Assembly: GCA_002633005.1 (NCBI GenBank)
Contig: NMRA01000036.1
Location: 596,713 to 660,712 of the forward strand
Source of the DNA: Phoronis australis
Taxonomy: Eukaryota > Animalia > Phoronida
Length of the DNA stretch: 64,000 bases
Direction: 5' to 3'
Each line of letters begins with the position of its first letter. Positions within the stretch are counted from its first letter, which is position 1. This document shows, piece by piece, positions 1-13,176 of this stretch. The position numbers and the translations under genes were made by a program. The notes under the pieces are model-generated. The model was given only the letters and a program-made list of their open reading frames with translations, ran no database searches and was not told the origin of the DNA.

Positions 1-118
1 GGACGAGTAATTTATAAAATTACGAAAAGCTGTAACTAAGTGGAAAATATGTCTAGGATAACCAACCAACCTTATTTTAGCTCAAAATGACATGGAAAAA
101 GGTTGCCTTCACCTTTAA
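1..118. mobile_element. Right terminus of a Kolobok-type non-autonomous DNA transposon (same family as 22380-23868)
   Basis: 1-114 aligns with 23755-23868 and ends ...GGTTGCCTTCACCT followed by TTAA (115-118). Confidence 0.7.
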
Positions 119-319
119 GCAGGTCACAGTTCATTGTTATACACCTAGCCAGTACACGTCACGTGCTGGAAGACTGATACGAAACCAAGTAAAAATGGAT
201 AACAAAAATCGAATCGGTGGTTAAAGCATGTCGTTAGCATGAGATCGAAACATCGAAGTGCCAATTTATTAATTGAATTAAGGAATTAGGGTGAGGAATT
301 TTCTCTTTTCACAACTTGT

Positions 320-2930
320 TGTGTTCATGACCACAGAGGCCTGAGGCGTCTCCTAGCATTAGTTTCAACGCCAACGGTCGTGTGCATGTAGAAACACAAC
401 TCCCTTAGGATCAAAACCACATTTTGTTTTTTTCCCGCCGCCATTCTATCATAAGTACACCTCGTTGACTCAATGTTATGGCGACCTTGTGAATGAAGGG
501 ACTGAGGGTATCCGAAGCTGTTCTTTACCTGGCGAGTGATTGGGTTTGATTGAAAGTCCTTTAACCTTTGATCTCGGATAAGTAGTAAACAAATATCCAC
601 GCGGTTGTGCTGTTCCAAGGTGGTTCTGCTTTTTTTTCTCGCTACGCGGTATATATTTTGTATTTGAAGTTCCCCGAGAGGAAAGATAATGTATGAAATA
701 TTATAAAAATGGCCAATTTTCGTGAATAAGGTTTGAGGGATCCTTAAGTAAATCAAAACCACTAGCAGAGAGTAAACTTGATTCCCTTTCAAAACAGTCT
801 CTCTGAACTGATTTAATTATCTCAAATTCTACGTTGTCTATTTCAGACAAAACAGCTGCTGTCTGTTTTAGCTTCTCGAGCTCGGTCAAATGTTTTCTTC
901 AATGTTCTCAAGAATTTCTTAATTCAAATGAAAGTGGAGCATCCCAGTCCGCTTTCTCAGACGACATTCTCTGTAACAGCCACTATATCCTTAAAGCTCG
1001 TTCTATATGCAAAGAATCATGCAGCAAATGCAAATTTTTAAGACCTGACGAGCGATCATCAGGATCAATAGCCTTCATTACATTCTTGGAGTTGGAAATA
1101 CATTTTTGCTACCGTAAACCACCACTCTTGCAGAGTTCTTTGGTATTATCAATCAGGTCAACTGCTTCTTGTTCTAAACTAACAGACATTAAGCCACCAT
1201 CAACATAAAACGTGTTCTTCACAAATTTGGAAGCTTTAACGCCAAATTCTGCTTCACCATCAATAGCAGTTTTTGAAGCTGTAATTTCCCCAACCCGAAG
1301 ACAAAGTTTGTCGAAATAAATTCATTTTCATACGAAATTCAGTTTGTGATCTGTCAACATCATTATCCTCCCACCATAAAAGTCTCATTCAAGAATTTGT
1401 TATTTTTCTCCACGTAGAACTTAACTGGCGAGACATCGACTCAAGGTCGCAGACAAATGCTTATGGTTCTTGTCTGAATCTACATAAAAAGCCAATAAAA
1501 TCATTAGTCAGATTTAGTCCAGAAAGAAAATGATCATTGAGAGACCTTGGCACTACAGCCAAAAATCACGCATGGTTTATCTGGTTTTACCATGGTAAAC
1601 ACCGTGATGTGGAAGGTAATTCCTGTCGTCACCACCTAACTCTGCTTCTGGGCCTTTCTCAGCAAATTTAGAAAAAAAGTCATCCAGAAACCTAAAGAAA
1701 TCATTTCTATAATAATCTGACTAAGACGATGTTCAAGTAACCGCGGCAAGGAACAATCAACACTCTACAATCCTGCATAACAAGGTTAGATGCTTTAAAT
1801 GGCAACGGCATTACATAATGACCGTCATTACGCTGACGTATGCCTCATTTTAATATCTCAAGAAATTTCATGTCATTCTAAGACAGCAAATCCTCTTCTT
1901 GACAAAGTCGAGTTCCACCAACTTAACTGGGTGGGTTTTCACTCACTGAAGAGGTCAAGCTAATCTGAATTATGAACAAAACATCAAGAACACGAGGGTT
2001 AATATCACGTGATGAACGCAGATACTCAGGAGGACCAAAAGTCATAACTCTGTGGGTAACTCATAATAAGTTTTAGTGTCTATTATGCCAACTATGCCCC
2101 AACCCAAGTCAGTTCTCTGTCCAAATGGACCACCTCCGGTGTTCGCAGAAGGCCCGAAGACAGTAATACCTTATCAAAAGTCATATTTCACAGTCACAAG
2201 CTCATGAAAAATACTATGCAAATGCGGCCACTGTTCCGCCACACCGGGGGATGGTATGTGGGAAAGATTAGCCACAATCACCTGAAGGTTAAACTTAGTA
2301 GGGAGTCTGAACAATTGAACCCAAGCCCAGACAAACCCTCTAATCGATTAGTGTCAATCCTCATTTTTGACAACCACAATATTGATTTAACACCAGAACA
2401 CCTAAAGATTTGCATGCGTTTCTCTGAATAACACAAGTTGCCTTGGTAAGGTGTATCCAATAACGCGTAGATAATTAACTAATTGTCGGCGGTGTCATAA
2501 TGTGGCGGGCACTGCCTTCCAAAGGCTTAGACAACGCATTATTTTCTCAGCATCAGACTTAAGCTCATCATTTCTTTCAGTAATGTGTGATTGGGTTTAG
2601 CATAAGCGAAACAACCTTTGACCAACTATCAGACTTCTGATTGTTTTGCCATCTCAGATTTGGAAGGGATCGAATAGTCTTTCACCATGGAGACGCACAG
2701 GGTGGCACCGTTTGCAAGTGTTTCACTGGAGTATGTTCTTGCAACCTTCAAAAATGTGACCCTCGTTGTAACACCCGAAACAAAGACGCTTGTCACCAAT
2801 GAAAGGTTTACGGGCTTTGAACAAGTAATTTACCACAATTACTCGAACGATGCAAACCACCATAAAACAGACAATTGCTTGATTTACTTTCGAATTTGTT
2901 ACTCGTGCGCATACTGCCTTTTTAGTTAGA
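320..2930 (-). mobile_element. Decayed BEL/Pao LTR retrotransposon internal region (Gag zinc knuckles, protease region, RT, integrase-proximal fragments)
   Basis: Minus-strand translation with stops and frameshifts gives CFGCYNEGH..GCKN...TCKRCHP..LH (~2690-2785), QWPHL...PFGQRTDLGWGIVG (~2090-2240), YLPHHGVYH (~1590-1620), DHFLSGLNLTNDFIGFLCRFRQEP*AFVCDLESM (~1435-1535) and FVKNTFYVDGGL...CKSGGLR (~1110-1230); these are hallmark BEL/Pao motifs. No LTRs recognised. Confidence 0.9.
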
Positions 2931-3154
2931 TTATTAAACGCTTGATTTTGATGTTATTGTCTTGTTTGCTTGATACGAAGTTATTGGGTTATAGGCAATT
3001 ATTTACTTCGTTTACAACTGTTAGCCAGCATTGCGCAGGGGGTGGTTCCAATTTCTGGTACGGTGGACCTTTGATATTTTACAAAGATCGATACTGTTTT
3101 GTTTTCAGTAAGGCAGCTTAATTAGGGGGAAGGGAAATCTGTATACACGCCGCA

Positions 3155-3890
3155 GCCCTGACCCGTGCCTCAGATGTTGCCCTGCTTGAGAATGCGTCGT
3201 TGGTTAGATCCAAGAATCACGATTGGGAATGTTTGGAACTGAGCTCATTTGTAAACAATGTAGCCAATGTTTTGAGACACACGCTTTGAATAGTCACTAC
3301 ATGATGGACACAAATACAATATTTTATTCATGTCACTTCCTACTTATTAGCAGACAATCAGAGTAATGAATTGTCGGAGTTCTGGTTTCGGAATTGTGGA
3401 CATTCGAAGTAGTGAACTTTCGAAGATAGCGAACCTTCGGTGCAGGGAACCTTCGGAGTAATGGACTTTCAGAGTAGTGAATAGTGACATGTAACTTTGG
3501 AAATCTTTTCCATCAAATTTGTTACTAGTATGGAGCCTGTGTACCACTGACATAGATTGACAGGGGAATACTTTCTTCATTGACCGAAGTTTTTATTAGG
3601 TCTAGACCTAGTTTTCCCAAATTCTATGAACATGTTCGTTTCCTCAGTGCAAGAACACTCGGTAGTTAGTGCTTGATTTTTGTTTGAGCAACGACAGAGG
3701 ACAGCCTATAGTGAACTTACCGTCGGCGTGTACTGGATTTAAAAGAATGGAAGCACACACACACGTGTACACGCGCATGCATGTCAATCCACCAATCCAG
3801 TGGACATTGGATGAACATCAATCATTTGATGATCACCTTCAATTCGAAATTTGAAATGCCTGCACCTTAACATACTATGCTAGCATTGCA
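3155..3890. repeat. Dispersed repeat, copy 1 (second copy 55472-55953), with an internal short tandem motif GAACYTTCGGARTAGT
   Basis: Colinear diverged blocks are shared with 55472-55953 (CTGACCCGT..CAGATGTTG, GTTAGATYCAAGAATCACGATTGG, CACACGTGTACACGCRCATG, TTCAATTCGAAATTTGAAA). Confidence 0.75.
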
Positions 3891-4052
3891 AATACACCGA
3901 AATAGCAGATAACAATCATATTTTCTGCAGTTTTGTTTCTTGGTCGATTTTAAGACATTCACGCCACACTACTTTTTTAGAGCTCTTTCGCTGCTTTAAA
4001 GCTTAGCTAGTTACAGATTTTACTGCTATACTCCCTTGTTATCCTACGGTGT

Positions 4053-4463
4053 ATCGTTGGCCATACAGGTGAAAGTTACGACGTTAAATTACGTGTGTAA
4101 GATAATTGTTGATAGACGCGTAATTAATTGCGGCGCACAGAAATTATTTGTGGCGTAAAGTAATTATTTGCGGTGTAAAGTAATTACTTGCGGCGTAAGG
4201 AAAGTTTGTAGGACGTAAAATAATTATTTGCGGCGTAAAAGTAACTTCTAGCGCTGCAAAAACTTACTTTAAGCCGTAATGTAATAATTACTTTACGCCG
4301 CAAATAATTACTGTACGCCGCAAATAGTTACTTTACGCCGTAAATAATTACTTTACGACGCAAATGATTACTTTACGCCGTAAATAATTACTTTACACAT
4401 CTAACAAGAATTCACTTACGCACGTAATTTAACGGCGTAACGTTCACCCATTTGGCGAACGAT
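4053..4463. mobile_element. Foldback-type MITE with ~50-bp TIRs and mirrored arrays of a ~20-bp unit
   Basis: ATCGTTGGCCA..GGTGAAAGTTACGACGTTAAATTACGTG at left is the inverted match of CACGTAATTTAACGGCGTAACGTTCACC..TGGCGAACGAT at right. The unit TAATTATTTGCGGCGTAAAG is repeated forward in the left half and reversed in the right half. Confidence 0.8.
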
Positions 4464-4729
4464 TAGTGTCTTGAGAACAATTGCAGTACTGCTGTGTGCC
4501 CGAACATCTTGGCTGCGTTTATGGTGGACTGGACTGTCATGGACAAGTGCGTATTTGGCAGCAACTTATTTCTTACATGTCTTATGAACTCCGTAACCAG
4601 AGAGGTTAAATGCAAATATGAACTGTTCAAGTACAAGCAAACGGGAACGAAGTAAATATAACTGACGAAGTAACTCAATTAACAAAGTGCTAACAGTTAT
4701 TATTATTTCCATTCACTTTATACACTGTA

Positions 4730-4885
4730 CAGCGGCGGATTTAAAGGGGGCCAAGGGGGTCATGCTCCCCCCTAAAATTCTACCAGATTCCATTTGGCAG
4801 TTCAGGGGTACGAATGTCTGACGGGCAAAAGCTTGGCTAATTCTCTGCCCTGCCCCCCCAACTCAAAATCCTGGATCCGCCCTTG
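4730..4885. mobile_element. ~150-bp MITE, family A, copy 1
   Basis: TIR CAGCGGCGGAT...ATCCGCCCTTG; core CATTTGGCAGTTC.GGGGT.CGAATGTCTGACGGGCA shared with copies at 9526, 15102 and 39453. Confidence 0.85.
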
Positions 4886-7244
4886 TTGACGTAATTTGGA
4901 CCCGGAAATAAAAATAGACGTGTCGTCACACTGGGTCCAAAACGTCATGATGACGTCATGCTAACCATTCCTATAAGCTTGTGTTAGCATTCGGTTAGTT
5001 ATTTACCAAGGCCGCTAGTGCATATTTAATCTACTAACTGGTAAGCCGCTGGGAACATAACGATCCCGAATATAAGACCTTGGCAGTACACATACGCTGT
5101 TATACTGAACGATTGAAAAAAATAGTCAAGGTCGTAGCCATAACAATGGTTTTTCAGAAATGCATCTGTTAACTGAAAGCCGACAGAATTGTGTGCCATA
5201 CAAAATTTTCGAATTACTGTTTTATTATTACCCTAACATTAAAATACCGGGAAAAACATCATCTACACCATTACGGTATCATTTTCTCTATTTTAGACTC
5301 CGTCCATCCTAAGGACTGCCAGGAGACGTGACTGGACTCCCGAAAGATCATGAAGACATAAATTTAGTTAGGCAATTATTTCTTCTTTTCATTTATATCT
5401 GCACTGTTCTAGCATCCAATGACACAAATAAACAAATGACTGCACTGAGGTGTAATTTTAATAATAAGTACCTTCACGAAAGGTATATTCTGCTTACCCT
5501 AACAAAGTCCCTGGTGCTGCAAGTGCAACCGACTACTAAGGGGAAAGAATTAGTGTGAACGTCAGTTGTTCTGGAACAACTTGATACCCAAGGGAAATTG
5601 GCATCAAATTGTTCCAGATAAAGGGGTTCTAGAGGTAGGCCTAAGACACAGCATAATTAAAGTAATAAGGTCAACTAAATTCGCGGGCAGTAACAGTCCC
5701 AAAGATAGGATTGATTGGGATTTGGGGACCTCGCAGCCTACAATGTACCAATTTGAAACATATCATACCAAATCCTTATATTGAATGAATCTTGTGTTCC
5801 AAATCATTACATGAACAATTTTTTTATTTTCATGATTATTGTCACATTTAGTGATCAATGGTTAGATTATTGAATTATCTTAATCACAGACTTTGACACC
5901 AGGAAACACATAAAATGGAAAGTCAAATACATTACCAACATTGAACATGAAATTAATCACACTTCCTGCAAGAACATTGCTCAAGATTGTACTATATAAT
6001 TTTCAGTACTGCAGTAATCAAAAATCAGAAACCTGTCAGGTTGTTTTAGACACACATGCCTATATGTAAGGTTGCGCCTAGTTGCATATGCCTAAATACG
6101 TACATAGACGATAATTATTTCATATTCCAGTATTTTATACATCCAGTATTTCGCAAGCCAAGCATTTCATAATCGTACAACTTAGCGATTCAGTATTAAA
6201 TTTAAAGAAAACGTTTTTGGTATAATTAAATATGTTTCAAGACATAGTCATTGTTTACTTATTTTCTGTTGATTTCACTCGAGACAAGGACTGATACTTC
6301 GAATCTTGTATCTTTGCGTTAACAAAGGGTAGAGTATGAATTCAATGCCCTTTACTAATTTGACCTCAGACAATAAAGTGACGTAAGAATAAAGAACGTC
6401 ACCCTGACGCATTTTTCATGGCTGCCTTTATGAAGACAAGTCGCTTCTAAAGTTCTAATGAAATATTAATTTTGCGAAAGATTATTATGGGTAAATTTCT
6501 TAAAAATCTTCGGGCATGTTTATCATGTCTTTTTTGTCAACTTTTGTGCGTGAAGAGTACAGCAGTGCACGACGACAAGAGTCTTGAAAATGAGGCAAGT
6601 AAAAATTCATCAAATGAGAAAAAATAGGCCATGGACTTGATTCCCTCTTGCAATATTTGCGAAAAATGCATAAAAGTTTATTTTCATAGTGTACCTATTC
6701 GAGAAGAGCTGTGGAAGAGTTTATGTTGAAATAGGAAAATTTGTTTGCGTTTTGTTTAATTTATAATTACTATACTTGTGTGTTTCCTATCGGCTGGCCG
6801 AGTTCATCATAAAACCGTTGAGAGTCTGGCGACGGATTTAATCGCCGGGTTAATGGGTTAAAGACCAGAAGTATAGTTATTCAAAATTTTAGGTTGTGGC
6901 TGATATTAATCTAAAGTATGCTTGAATGGTGGCTATTCCTGGAAGACGGGGCAGGAAAGCAAACCTTCCGGCTGTCTACTCGAGCAATCGGCATTTCTAA
7001 AAATATTCAACTCATCTCGCACGGGAATCTATCATTCCATTCCGTACCAATGCTTTTTCTCATGACGTTATTCCTCCAATGTGCTTCGACTTTTCGTTAC
7101 TTTTTCTAGCATACTCAGGAGATTAATCCTTAGTTTTTTTGTGCGCCGGCGTTGATCGGCTATACACGACACAGGTCTCAGCTATCTTCAAGGCGCCCTG
7201 TAACGAAACATCGAGCTGATGAAGTCAACATCAAAGTTTCAGTA

Positions 7245-8283
7245 GAAGTATAAAATTGGCTAATTAGGAAAACTTACGAGTGAACGTACTGTTGCTTGAG
7301 GCTGGGCCAACAGGAAGCTGGAGAGGAAGTTGGACCCGGGGAAGGCCCGGTCGGGAGCGTTGGGTGGCCCTGTATCATGTGATGCTCGGGTGGGAACAAT
7401 ACAGGTCCTCCAGGTATGTTTTCCTGCACTGTTATGTAATGCAATCTCTTGTAGTAAAAGTATAGGATTGTCTGGTAAGTCGGTGTGGTATGGTGTCAGT
7501 AGAGGTGCCTGTAATGTACAGCAACCACAACTCCGGCTCTATCGTACACCAGGGCGTGGCTGGGTTTCGAGCTCTGCGGGAGCGGTACTGCTCATCGTGA
7601 GGTATCCAAACTGTCCTCGTGGGCTGTTCCCCAAGTCGGAAGGGGGGATGAGCTTCAATGATTATGGAGGCAAATCCGGGAATAGCATCGGTCCCTTTCT
7701 CATTGATTCCGACTACCTTTTTCCCCCAACCCCTGCCACTCCTCTACCAGGGTCACGGCCCCCACGCGGGTTGTGGCGGTGGACAGGATTGTTCATCCAT
7801 GAACAACCCTGCCCATGTGGCACATACTGAGCCACAACACCACGTTCCTTATAATATCTTTTTTATCACTCCGGCTGGTCTGCTCACTCAGCTTGTCCGG
7901 AACCCTGCTTTACAGGTTGTTATAGCCCAGTTGGCTGTTTGGTGTACCCACTTGGTACTTTATATGATATTTGCCCATTTGGCAGTTTGTACCCACTTGG
8001 TACTTGTTATTGAATTTGCCGTTTTGCTCGACCCAGTTGGTAGGCAATCGGCCAATACCCATTTGGTATTATGTACCCATTTGGTACTACGCTAACCTGT
8101 GCCACTTAGCATCCGATACTCAGTTGTACTTTGGGTATCGGAAATGTGTGTGTGTTATGACTTGTAATTAAGGAACCCATCTGGTTCCTTCTGTCAAATA
8201 GTTATTTGTAGAGCTGTGACCCTGAAATTCCCAATACAACTTAAAATATACATTGTTCTTGTTGTTTTATTTGTCCCCAATAA
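7245..8283. mobile_element. Rearranged fragment of a DIRS/Ngaro-like tyrosine-recombinase retrotransposon family
   Basis: 7820-8283 is a near-identical reverse complement of 49737-50200. 7245-7325 matches 50450-50531 in direct orientation. Minus strand 7608-7519 reads WIPHDEQYRSRRARNPATPWCTIEPELWLL, resembling the W..YD..FR...A.....W......LW Gag motif of DIRS-group elements. Confidence 0.65.
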
Positions 8284-8779
8284 CTTTGACTGGAAACCTT
8301 TGTAAGGAATCGGTGATTTATAGCAAAATCATAACGGATTTTTTTTAACTTCAAGAAGGCAATACTCCCCAGAATTTACCCCTAAAATATATTTTCAGGC
8401 AGTTAAACTGATTAATGAAAATGTTAACAAGCCAGTCCTATTTTTTCTTAACTTCTATTTGAAGAACAGTAAAATATTCATGCTAGAATATTCTTATATA
8501 CAAACCATTATCTGGCTATCAGACAAATTCGGTTTTCGTAACTTTTTTTCTGTCCTATTTCAAAATATCAAAAAGTCATTAAGTGGACACAGTTATTTTC
8601 TGTCGAACCATATCACCATTTGACCATATCAAAACAGACTGCATAACATTAACTTACCTTTGAACCCACCTGTAGCAAGAGATTGATGACCGGTCAATTT
8701 TCTTGAAACGTTATCCAAACATTACCCATTAAAACAGTTATAAGATTCTTTAGAGAGTGAATGAGATTTCTGTCCCAGA

Positions 8780-8935
8780 CAGTGGTGTAGTGGTAAAATT
8801 AGAGGTAAGTAGGCGCCCAAAGCCCAACGTATCACCTTGAGTACTGAACGTAACTTAAGGTGCGTAGGCGCTACGTTCAAATGCCAAAAGGTGGTTGGCT
8901 GCGCCTACGTGCGCCTACGCCCCACTACAGCATTG
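8780..8935. mobile_element. hAT-type MITE
   Basis: TIR CAGTGGTGTAGTGG / CCACTACAGCATTG; imperfect 8-bp TSD GTCCCAGA / GTTTCAGA. Confidence 0.7.
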
Positions 8936-9525
8936 GTTTCAGACACAAAACGTGATTGAACGTGCTATGTCAACTTAACTGAGGACCGGTGCCATTGTCA
9001 GCTGAGACTAACGAAGGCACAAACTGACAAATTGACAAATTGACTACAAACTGCTTTTGGAAACGAAATGATACTAGGGAGGGTTTTGCGAATGATAAAG
9101 ACTACATTCATTCTGAAGCAAGAAGGGGGGGAGGTGGCGGAGAGGGACTAGTCCCTTAAACCAGCGTGACGTCATTCCCTGAAACGTATGCCGACCTATC
9201 ATCCATTACTCCATAATGGATATCCCTCGGTAGTCTGTATTTTTAAGACGGTGTCTTCGTCAAATTTCATAAATCAGCAACAGCGTTGAGGTGAGCAAGG
9301 TGCTTAGGCAAAAGAAAGTTTCATGTTGTGGACAATTGAATACTTTCTGCTCAGAACTACGGGACAGGTTTTCAAGTCAATGCAATCTCTTAACGTTTGC
9401 AGACGCCTGAATGAGTCCCGGCTAGTCCGTAGTAAAAATCGTCTTTTATTCTTAAAATCTGAGTCAGTAATTTTCAACAAGTTCAGAATTGCTTAAAATT
9501 GGTTCATTTTTTGTTAGGACGTTCA

Positions 9526-9666
9526 CAGTAACAGATTTAGGGAGGGGGGCAAAAAAATTCACCCAGGTTCCATTTGGCAGTTCGGGGGTGCGAATGTCTG
9601 ACGGGCACAATCCTGGCTAACGCTCTGCCCTGACACCCCTAACTCAAAATCCTGAATCCGCTCCTG
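9526..9666. mobile_element. MITE family A, copy 2 (5-bp TSD GTTCA)
   Basis: Same core as 4730-4885; GTTCA at 9521-9525 and 9667-9671. Confidence 0.85.
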
Positions 9667-12600
9667 GTTCAGATTAGTAAAAAGTATATAAAAGATGTAA
9701 TTTTGCATAATACACAAAAACATTTTTAAAGTCAACCCAAGAACTAAAAACGTATCTAATATACTTTTCTTGACATGTGTTTCTTTGAAAGACGTTTTCA
9801 AACACTGAGGGACTATAGATCTTATCCACCCAGTCGCCATTATAAAAGTGGGACTCTTTTTGGTTAAAAAAACAACGTATTTGAGACATAAATATTAACG
9901 AGGCATGCAAAAAAGTCACACTTTGCCCAGTGATTAAGCACGGAATGCATTGTTTTTAAAACCTAAAAAGAGGCTCACTTTTAAAATGTGAATAAGGTGC
10001 ATTGACCTGCAAAATAGTGGAAACCATATTAATTACACTTTTTCAAACAGTTCCAGTTGTCCACAGAAGTTGTTGCGAACAAATCTACAAAAAATGTCAC
10101 ATTCGACGTGACAGACAGAAAGAAGTACAGAGTTAGACCTTCAAGTCTGCCGCAAGTCACAGTGCCGAATTTCTCGGTGAAACCCCCAGAGCTGTCGTTC
10201 GACTTCATGCAGCTGCTGGAGCCTGTTTCTCTCATACAGTTTTTGTCAGCGGGTTGAAATTGCTCACCGATGCCTTAGAGATGGGATACGCAAATCGCCC
10301 TAATCGTCTATTCCGTTCTGTACCGTACGTTTTCCATTAAGTTTTAATGTTTGTCGTCAAGTTGGGATATACTGCGGCGAGTTCTGTTGCAACGGGCGCG
10401 GTGTTAAATTAAAAATCAAGTATAGAACAATATCGTGCATTACCAAAACGAGGATAGGGATTCAGCGATTGGCGGTAAAGGACGGCATAATAAAGAGACA
10501 ATATAGTTAAGCGTCCTAAGTAAACAATCTAGGCACAAGGATCTGTACTGTGGCAACTGAACCCTACATTCAAATAACATGGAGAAAAAATGACATCATC
10601 CCAGCATTGGTTCAAGTCTGAATCAAAGTGTAACACTACTAACTTCATGAAGAGGTTATGAGACAATTACATTCACGACCACGATAACAGGAAATCAATA
10701 AATCTCCCTTTATCCGTGTATGCGAGACCAGTGTTAAAAACCATAATGACCAGCGAGAAAAAAGAATTACACTGAGGATCAAAGGAACTACAGGGTATTT
10801 TCGTTTCTGCGTCCCCTTGAAAGTGTGCTAAGGGGCGAACTGCCGTGCACAGACTTCCATTGGTCTAAGTTTATTAACTTTTATTCAATTGTTCTGTTTG
10901 TGTACTAGCAGATAGCACTTGATTGGCACGACCCATGAAGTCAGGACACTGGTGATGTAGTTTGTTTGCACTGGAATAGTAAGGATCCTTCTAGAAGATT
11001 TTAGTGATTAATTTAATCTGTAACATTCTTTGAAAATCCCTATGAACAGAGATCCTATACTTGATCTCCTTGCGGTGTACTCGGACCAGCCTTAGGGAAT
11101 CCCTTGGTGTTCTTATTGCTTTTATTCCACAACGAAAGAGGGCGCACCTGTTGAAGAACCAAATCTATGAGACATGGACGAAACGACTGTGTTTTCGTTG
11201 AGCAGAGTGGTCCGCCATCTTGCTGATGAACCATGTTCATCGAGATGCGTGCGTACTGTGTAGTATCTAGGAACTAGTATTGGTAACAACACGGGATTTC
11301 AAGCAAAAATTCATAGCTTTAATGTCAGGATCATCAAGTGCAAACCAGGATTTTTAGAAAATCATCCAACTTATCTTTAGTTATAGCAGAACACATCAAA
11401 AAAAGTTTGACTTCTGGTATGAAACCCAGAATCATGGATATAATTTTTGGTCTTTCGAGGCTTAAAAATTGAAACTGAAATAGAATTATTTTGTGGGTGA
11501 GAATCCGATCGCAGAAATAATATTGTTCAACGTCATTTGGTCCTTAAAACACCCATTAAAGTCGATTTTTTGTGGTCTTTTACCTGACTTTCTTTCTTAG
11601 TTCGATGTGGATTTAGTAACCTCATGTTCTCTCCAAGATATCTGTTAATTTCTAGCAACGAAGAAGCACAAAAAGAAGTGACTACAATATTAATAATTTT
11701 TACAGGTGAACACCAATTCGAAGATTCATTAAATATATCAAACGTTATTGGGAACAGGGCAGGATGAAAGGAAGGGATAGCGCATGAATTCAATAACCCA
11801 CAATGTTATATTGGTACGGTAGATGTGTTGTTTCTGTAAATTTCAAGAGATGGGACAAATGTAATGTAGCCTAGCAAGCTATTAAAATCTGCAAATGTCT
11901 TACTTTAGGAAAATCATCATTTTTATATCCTGTCCTGTTCATGGTCTTCTGTTATTTCTTTTTTCATTTAAATATTTAATGTTAACAAATCAGTTTCTAT
12001 AACTCTATCCTTTTGCAAAATTTTGCTCCCAACTTTTATTCAAATTGGCCTATGCCCTCAACTTCGAATATGCACATGTACACAAACATGTACAGTTCCA
12101 TTGGTCAATTGTTGCATACAATGACACGACTTCACATGCACGCATACTGCTGTTTGTATGCTCATCGATTTCCATGGGTTTCTATTAATTTTTTTCCACT
12201 TAGTGTTCACGTGTTTCACACGAACGCATGCCTCAAATCTTTTTGTTAGAATAAATCATGTGGCGTCGGGTCAAGGAATTTTTATGCCCATACTAAAAAT
12301 TTGGGGAATACACCAATGTAATCGCGCGCAGGAGGAGCGGTCCCCTTGACAGCTGATCGTCTCGTCGGTTTATAAACAACTGAAAAATAGGTATTATACA
12401 ATTATAACGACGAAAAAGGTTAATCATGTTAATGTACACTTTATATATTTCAGTGATTGTCTTTTCTATTGAGTAGGCAAAACCTCCCAGGCCCTAGCAG
12501 CACTCCGTGAGAATTTCAGCCAACGCATTAGGAATTTTGTCTTTGCAATGGCTTATATGACCGTTTAAGTAATGCAAGGGTCACAAAGTTACATTGCTCT

Positions 12601-13176
12601 GTGTTACCAATATTTTAAAACCTCGTTAGTATTTAAAATTTCAAATTTTATTCTAAAAATTCCCCGGCTTCCATAAGGCCACCGTGATTTTGTTTACATA
12701 GTGTTCATCGTCAATATGGCGGACCGCGTCTCACGCGCTGTCTGGCTTGTGAGTACAGTCGAGTCACCTCTATGTATATAGCTCATTGACACCGACAGTC
12801 TCAAGGTACGATCTTCAGTTAATGTTATCGTGATTTAAATGGAACCCAGGAAAATACAAAATTTCTTAGCAAAATGTGTAATCTAACTGAATATTTATCA
12901 ATATTTATGTGGCGAAAATATACCACTTACTAAATTGAATTTCACATATAACATAAAAACATAAACGTGAGAACCATTTACAATCTTCACCGTTGTCTAA
13001 GATTTCATTTTGTAAAGGTTCCGCAATCGAAAATGTAAACCAGTCATGAGGTAGTGCTGAACGAATAGGGGGTAGTTCAGTAGCTGAATCATCAGTGATG
13101 GGAAACTGTTCAAGTGTCAGGCGTATGATGCTGTATTTTATAAATTCTTGATCTCACGAATTTCAATTTTAATCAC

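Noticed and set aside
6845-6861. piggyBac-like ends (GGG|TTAA here; TTAA|CCC at 48184)
   Set aside because: No matching partner TIR found for either.
7658-8171. ORFs 7658-8095, 7971-8171 and 49849-50350 as duplicated genes
   Set aside because: Chance frames across the repeated CCAAVTGGG motifs of a mobile element.
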